Both the position numbers and the translations under genes were made by a program. The notes below the pieces were generated by a model. That model had not been told where the DNA came from. It saw only the letters and a program-made list of their open reading frames with translations, and did not search any database. A DNA stretch of 52,805 bases, the filler included, from Theionarchaea archaeon (GTDB lineage: Archaea > Methanobacteriota_B > Thermococci > Methanofastidiosales > SZ-28-30), in the NCBI GenBank assembly GCA_018992565.1. It is 3 parts of 3 records of this genome, joined end to end, with 100 filler letters (N's around TTAATTAATTAA, not from the genome) between each part and the next. Parts side by side here need not be neighbours in the genome. Positions count along the whole stretch, not along the records: positions 35,681 to 52,805 come from JACVGW010000059.1; 2 more parts are not named here. The stretch is one strand, 5' to 3'. Of the stretch, positions 47,925-52,805 are shown one piece after another. How positions within the stretch are numbered: position 1 is the stretch's first letter; every line of letters starts with the position of its first letter.

Positions 47925-48782
47925 TTACAGATGCTTCTTAAACAGGGCAACGATGTTCTTCTCGCCATTCCATACGCGACCATACGTGAAATCAGTTCCT
48001 TCCAGCACTGACACTAATGGTCCAGGGACGAGACAAAAAATCCATTCCGTATTCCGGTTTCTCCTTCTCATTTCCTCCAAGAGTGGCAGAACGTTCTCTT
48101 CATTGCCATAGATGATTACGTTCACATACTGTATGTCCCCTGCTGTCACGCCTCTTCTTCTCACTTCTAGTGCGAGTGTATCTTTCACTACGAAGAAATT
48201 CATATCTGGGTTATCGTCGAAAATTGACGCAACGAGTGGTCGATATGCCCACCCAATGCAGATTTCCTCAGTTGGTGCACGCGGCATCTTTTTGAGTAAT
48301 GAAAGGGCTTCTTCTGGTGGAAGAGGTTCAAGAGTTGACGTATCCTTTTCCTGAGCTGGGGCTCTCTCTTGACGAATGTAAAAAGCTGTCATTTCATGAC
48401 TCCGCTTGAACCCAAGGTTTTCGCCTATTCGACACGATCCTTTGTTTTCTGTTACCGTCTGGTAAGCAACGAGTGTGCAATTCTTTTTCCTGGCCAGCTC
48501 TTCTCCATAGTTGAATATTCCTGTGCCAACACCCATTCTTTGATATTCCCCATGTACCCGAACATCTTCTATCCACGCATACTGGCTTGTCAGCATGCGC
48601 AGTCCTCCAACACCCACCAGAATCCCTTCAGCAAATGCTCCATAGAGATCACACACAGGATCATTTATGATTCTTTCAGCTGTCTCACCTATCTTCGGAT
48701 CATTTCGCATATCCATCGAGTCTGATAAAGTCCTTATAGCTGGTACATCATCCAGTGTTAAGAGTCGAAATTTCAGTTCCAT
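47925..48782 (-). CDS. GNAT family N-acetyltransferase
   Basis: WIEDVRVHGEYQRMGVG, ENLGF. Confidence 0.85.
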   Translation of the reverse strand: MELKFRLLTLDDVPAIRTLSDSMDMRNDPKIGETAERIINDPVCDLYGAFAEGILVGVGGLRMLTSQYAWIEDVRVHGEYQRMGVGTGIFNYGEELARKKNCTLVAYQTVTENKGSCRIGENLGFKRSHEMTAFYIRQERAPAQEKDTSTLEPLPPEEALSLLKKMPRAPTEEICIGWAYRPLVASIFDDNPDMNFFVVKDTLALEVRRRGVTAGDIQYVNVIIYGNEENVLPLLEEMRRRNRNTEWIFCLVPGPLVSVLEGTDFTYGRVWNGEKNIVALFKKHL

Positions 48783-49105
48783 TCAGTCTCCTCACATGAG
48801 TATGTGGGCTTTGTGGTCTTCGCACCTTGTTCCATCAGAATGGGGAATTGATGCTCATGGGGGTAGATGACGTCTGATTCAATGATCTTGACCCCTGCCG
48901 TCAGAAAGCTTGAAACCAGTAACTCTGGACTCACTTTCACAGCCCTTTCTGTTTATGTGTCACGTATGTCCACGTAGGTAAGTACTTATGTGTTTTGATA
49001 TGAAGTGCTCATCTACTCTTTTCGAAAAGTGTTCATCATCCAATAACCACCCACTCTCACTCTTGACGCCAATATATATAAGGGTAAGGACATTCCACAA
49101 AGTGT

Positions 49106-50578
49106 ATGATCCAACCAGTTAAAATAACAGAAACCTGCCTTCGTGATGCTCATCAGTCCTTATTGGCTACCAGAATGCGAACAGAGGATATGCTGCCCAT
49201 CGCTGAGAGACTGGATGCAGTGGGGTACCACTCTCTGGAAGTGTGGGGGGGCGCCACCTTTGATAGCTGTCTCCGATACTTGAAAGAGGACCCTTGGGAA
49301 AGGCTTCGACAGCTCAAAGAGGTAATCACAAAGACCCCCTTGCAGATGCTCTTGAGAGGGCAGAACATCGTTGGATACAAACACTATCCCGACGACATTG
49401 TGGAGAAGTTCATTGTCAAAGCCAGGGAATATGGCATTGATATTTTCCGCATCTTTGATGCTTTGAATGATTTCAGGAACATGGAGTACGCCATGAAAAT
49501 CGTGAACCGGGAGGGAGGCCACATCCAGGCATCCTTTTGTTATACTCTGAGTCCTCTGGACTCTGTTGATGGATTTGTCAAAAAAGCAATCAATCTGGAA
49601 GAAATGGGAGCAGATTCTGTATGTATAAAAGATATGAGCGGATTGATATCTCCATATCAAGCATATGAATTAGTAACAAAGTTGAAGGCCGCATTATCAG
49701 TACCTGTGCAGTTTCATACTCATGCCACTTCAGGAATGGCCTCCAGCGCATGTTTAAAAGCTGCAGAAGCTGGAGTGGACGTGATTGATACTGCTATTTC
49801 TTCATTAGCTTCACAGACGTCCCAGCCTCCCACTGAAAGCCTGGTGGCCTCCCTGGATGAGTCTCCAAGAAAGACAGGACTTGACCTGAGGCTACTTGCT
49901 GACATAGCATTGTATTTCGCTGATATACGAAAGAAGTACAGCGCTTTTGAAAGCGGGCTACACGGAGTCGACATCAGAGTGCTCACGTATCAGATTCCAG
50001 GCGGTATGCTGTCCAATTTGGTGTCCCAGCTCAGGGAACAGAATGCAGAAAACCGATTTGAGGAAGTGATACAGGAAGTGCCCAGAGTGAGGAAGGAACT
50101 GGGATACCCGCCTTTGGTCACTCCTTCCAGTCAGATCGTGGGGACTCAGGCCACGTTAAACGTTGTTCTGGGTGAGAGGTACAAGGTAATCCCCAGGGAG
50201 GTCAGGCAGTACGTCAAGGGGTTCTATGGTCAGCCCCCCGGGCCCATTGACAAGAAGGTTAAGAAGCTGGCCATCGGAGACGAAGAGCCCATAACCTGCC
50301 GGCCTGCAGACCTGCTCGAATCAGGGTTTGAGAAGGCAAAACAGGAGATTGGTGATCTGGCGAAATCGGAGGAGGATATCCTATCCTATGCACTGTTCCC
50401 CCAGGTTGCACGGGAGTATTTCGAATGGAGAGCCAAAGGAGGAGGAGCAGAAGAGGCAGTGGCAGCCGTGTCGTATATGCTGGCAAAAAGGAAGAAACCT
50501 GAACGCATTGAAAGCCCCACGTATGAATCTCCCTGGAAACTGGCTGTCAGGCCGAGGGGTGGGTGGCTGCCATGGTAA
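49106..50578 (+). CDS. pyruvate/oxaloacetate carboxyltransferase subunit (OadA/PycB-like, no fused biotin domain)
   Basis: [39 protein letters not shown]. Confidence 0.92.
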   Translation: MIQPVKITETCLRDAHQSLLATRMRTEDMLPIAERLDAVGYHSLEVWGGATFDSCLRYLKEDPWERLRQLKEVITKTPLQMLLRGQNIVGYKHYPDDIVEKFIVKAREYGIDIFRIFDALNDFRNMEYAMKIVNREGGHIQASFCYTLSPLDSVDGFVKKAINLEEMGADSVCIKDMSGLISPYQAYELVTKLKAALSVPVQFHTHATSGMASSACLKAAEAGVDVIDTAISSLASQTSQPPTESLVASLDESPRKTGLDLRLLADIALYFADIRKKYSAFESGLHGVDIRVLTYQIPGGMLSNLVSQLREQNAENRFEEVIQEVPRVRKELGYPPLVTPSSQIVGTQATLNVVLGERYKVIPREVRQYVKGFYGQPPGPIDKKVKKLAIGDEEPITCRPADLLESGFEKAKQEIGDLAKSEEDILSYALFPQVAREYFEWRAKGGGAEEAVAAVSYMLAKRKKPERIESPTYESPWKLAVRPRGGWLPW

Positions 50579-51021
50579 AGCTCCAGGTGGTACTCGATGA
50601 CATACGCTATCTGGTTGATGTAGAAGGGAACAAAGTACACGTCAATGGAAAAGAGTACACAGTACAGGAGAAAGAGAACTCTCTGGATGTGGATGGAACA
50701 CCCTACACGGTGGACATACAAAAAGAACAGGTCATTATCAATGGAATTCCCCATTCCTTTCGAACGGAAGAGGAGAAGGTAGAACCAGAAAAGAAAACGA
50801 GGTCCGCCCCGGGAGCTGTTACAGCAATGATGCCGGGAAAGATAGTCTCTGTGGCAGTGAAAGAAGGACAATCAGTGAAAGAGGGGGATGTCGTGTGCAT
50901 TCTTGAAGCTATGAAGATGGAAAATGAACTGAAAGCACCCAAGGGGGGGACAGTGAAGAAAGTACATGTCTCAGCAGGCAGTAATGTAGAAAGAGGGGAA
51001 GTACTCGTAGAGATCTCGTGA
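50572..51021 (+). CDS. biotin carboxyl carrier protein
   Basis: EAMKMEN biotinylation motif. Confidence 0.93.
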   Translation: MVKLQVVLDDIRYLVDVEGNKVHVNGKEYTVQEKENSLDVDGTPYTVDIQKEQVIINGIPHSFRTEEEKVEPEKKTRSAPGAVTAMMPGKIVSVAVKEGQSVKEGDVVCILEAMKMENELKAPKGGTVKKVHVSAGSNVERGEVLVEIS

Positions 51022-51061
51022 CATGATTGTGCTGTTCAGGGTTTCAGGGTACACGCTTGAG

Positions 51062-51727
51062 CTATTCATACGTGATAGGATCTGTGAGACCGTTTTCATG
51101 GAATCCCTTCAATCGCAACCGACACGAATCGCACACACCGCATGCTTTGTCAGTTCCTGTATAGCAGCTCCAGGTTAATGCAAAAGGCGTACCGAGTTCA
51201 AGCCCTTTTCTCACAATATCAGCCTTGCTGAGAGAGGCAAGGGGGGTCCTCAGCACAATGACAGTATCATCTTTCGTGCCTGTATCAATCAGCCTCTGGA
51301 ATGCTTCAAAGTACTGGGGTCTGCAATCAGGATACCCTGAAAAGTCAATGAAATTCGCTCCGTAAAAGAGAGCTTCAGCCCCCACCACTTCTGCCCAGGC
51401 AGTGGCAAGTGACAGTATAATAGAATTTCTAAAAGGAACATAACTGGGAGGTATTCCTTCTGTCTCCTCCACAGGGAGAGCAATGCTCTCATCCAGGAGC
51501 CCGCTCCCGCCAATCTCTTTTAAGAACCCCAGTGAGATCACCTTGAAATCTGCTGCCTTGAAGAAAGTTGCTAATTTTTCTGCACATTCCCTCTCCTTTT
51601 TGCTGGTTCTCTGCCCGTAATTCACGTGCAGCACGTATAGGGTGAACCCCTCACTCTTGGCAATTGATGCACACACTGCAGAATCCATGCCTCCACTGAG
51701 AAGGACAACAGCTCTCCTGCAACTCAT
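51062..51727 (-). CDS. queC: 7-cyano-7-deazaguanine synthase
   Basis: SGGMDS, YVPFRN, YPDCR, TWSCY, CGVCDSC. Confidence 0.95.
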   Translation of the reverse strand: MSCRRAVVLLSGGMDSAVCASIAKSEGFTLYVLHVNYGQRTSKKERECAEKLATFFKAADFKVISLGFLKEIGGSGLLDESIALPVEETEGIPPSYVPFRNSIILSLATAWAEVVGAEALFYGANFIDFSGYPDCRPQYFEAFQRLIDTGTKDDTVIVLRTPLASLSKADIVRKGLELGTPFALTWSCYTGTDKACGVCDSCRLRLKGFHENGLTDPITYE

Positions 51728-52518
51728 GTTACCACTTTTCCCTCTGCATAGACATCATGCCGGTGAATGCTCTCATTACTGATGCAGGTGGCATGTATTG
51801 TGCAGCTGGAAAACCTGTCTCTGGACAAGGCCAGCATATTCCTGCACACATCCTCCACGAAAAGCGGATTCTCATACATTCTGGATACGACAAATGATTC
51901 ATCATCACTTTTCAGAAGCGTATACACCCGTGAAGAAAAAGACCTCTCCACCACCTCCACCATATCCTCCAGGGGAATCTCATTGTTAAAATCTGTTTCG
52001 ACACGTAGAATACCCCGCGCTCTCTGGATGTGAGTCTTCCCCGCGTTCATAGATAAAGCATGAGGACATACCGTATTTCCAGTCACGGATACGGTCAGCA
52101 CCTTTGACCAAGTATCACCGTCATGCAAGACCTCCACAGTGATACCGTGGATTTCTATCGTGTCTTTCTTACTGGCAGGGGTCTTCTGGTAGATGGGAAG
52201 TTCAGAATCTATGATTATTCCCGATTTCTGGAATTTATGCTTCTGTTTCAGTTTTTCCAGGATATCTTTCCCGATTTCTTCTAGCGAGTGATGTTTTCTT
52301 GCGACTTCTTCTTCCAATAGTTCAGTGACACTTTCAATGAGCCTGCTCATGTGAATTCCTTTTTTCTGCTCATCGAGATCTATGTGAATCGTGATGGTGG
52401 GAATGTGTCTGAATTCCTGGTTGTGACGGTCGATTTTCATGAGGGTCTTTAGATTGAGTATTCCCACTTTTTCGAGAGTAATGGGATGCTCTGGGGGGAT
52501 GTCTTGCGTATCTTTCAT
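51724..52518 (-). CDS. mptA: GTP cyclohydrolase, FolE2/MptA family
   Basis: DTQ, KGIHMSRL, TVCP, THIQR, NPLFVED, ESIHRHD. Confidence 0.85.
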   Translation of the reverse strand: MKDTQDIPPEHPITLEKVGILNLKTLMKIDRHNQEFRHIPTITIHIDLDEQKKGIHMSRLIESVTELLEEEVARKHHSLEEIGKDILEKLKQKHKFQKSGIIIDSELPIYQKTPASKKDTIEIHGITVEVLHDGDTWSKVLTVSVTGNTVCPHALSMNAGKTHIQRARGILRVETDFNNEIPLEDMVEVVERSFSSRVYTLLKSDDESFVVSRMYENPLFVEDVCRNMLALSRDRFSSCTIHATCISNESIHRHDVYAEGKVVT

Positions 52519-52526
52519 GGGATCAC

Positions 52527-52805
52527 CTACCTGACGTTCCCTATTTTGTGAAGCTGGGTGAGAATGCGGATTGATGTTGCAGGGAGAGGAGACTCGAAAT
52601 AGAGACTGCATAAGTTATCATAGGTGAGGGAGCCCCAACACGGCTGGAGGACCAGGGGAACAGTGATCTCAAGGTCAGAAGCGAGAGCGTGAACGAAGAC
52701 ATAGTCTTTTCTATCAGCAATGACTGCTTTGAGCTGGCCGCCTCTCCTGGAGATGGCATCAATGATTCGCGTGAGAATGTTCATGTCTGTTGTGGGATTT
52801 CCACT
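52527..52805 (-). CDS. queE: 7-carboxy-7-deazaguanine synthase C-terminus (5' beyond window)
   Basis: LKAVI, LVLQP, IRILTQLHK; upstream of mptA-queC. Confidence 0.75.
   Translation of the reverse strand, partial: SGNPTTDMNILTRIIDAISRRGGQLKAVIADRKDYVFVHALASDLEITVPLVLQPCWGSLTYDNLCSLYFESPLPATSIRILTQLHKIGNVR

Noticed and set aside
1..52805. CRISPR arrays, tRNA/rRNA genes, intact transposases or integrases
   Set aside because: No regularly spaced repeats, cloverleaf/T-arm signatures or catalytic motifs seen by eye; antisense ORFs in the track are shadows of real genes

Overview
Archaeal metagenome-assembled sequence. Evidence: Trm5, CobY, a CbiZ-CobZ fusion, MptA/FolE2, DUF2226, BRE-TATA promoters, GGAGGTG ribosome-binding sites and many apparently leaderless genes. 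A Thermococci-related lineage such as Theionarchaea is plausible but is inference only. The window is three contigs joined by N-TTAATTAATTAA-N linkers (18179-18278, 35581-35680), with four further 100-N scaffold gaps. Contig 1 is housekeeping and redox genes (trm5, uppS, ogg, ubiX, htpX, CPA2 antiporter). Contig 2 begins with an accessory region (startless toxin-like ORF followed by two tandem helical paralogs, a pseudogene, a wHTH/serine hydrolase pair), then a cobamide salvage cluster (btuFCD, cobY, cobS, cbiS, cbiB, cbiP, cobD and divergent cblT-cblS). Contig 3 holds surface proteins, transporters, metabolic genes and a preQ0 operon. The most notable unannotated signals are: (1) a TGGATGG-N5-CCATCCA palindrome just after the TATA box of all three cobamide promoters; (2) three candidate structured small RNAs, two sharing an identical 26-bp promoter plus a TATTG-N5-CAATA palindrome, and two forming a divergent, mutually complementary pair; (3) a Firmicute-type CblT/CblS alpha-ribazole salvage module in an archaeon; (4) a circularly permuted family-5 solute-binding protein and a shared GGxCLG C-terminal sorting signal. 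All family calls are by motif recognition; no searches were run.
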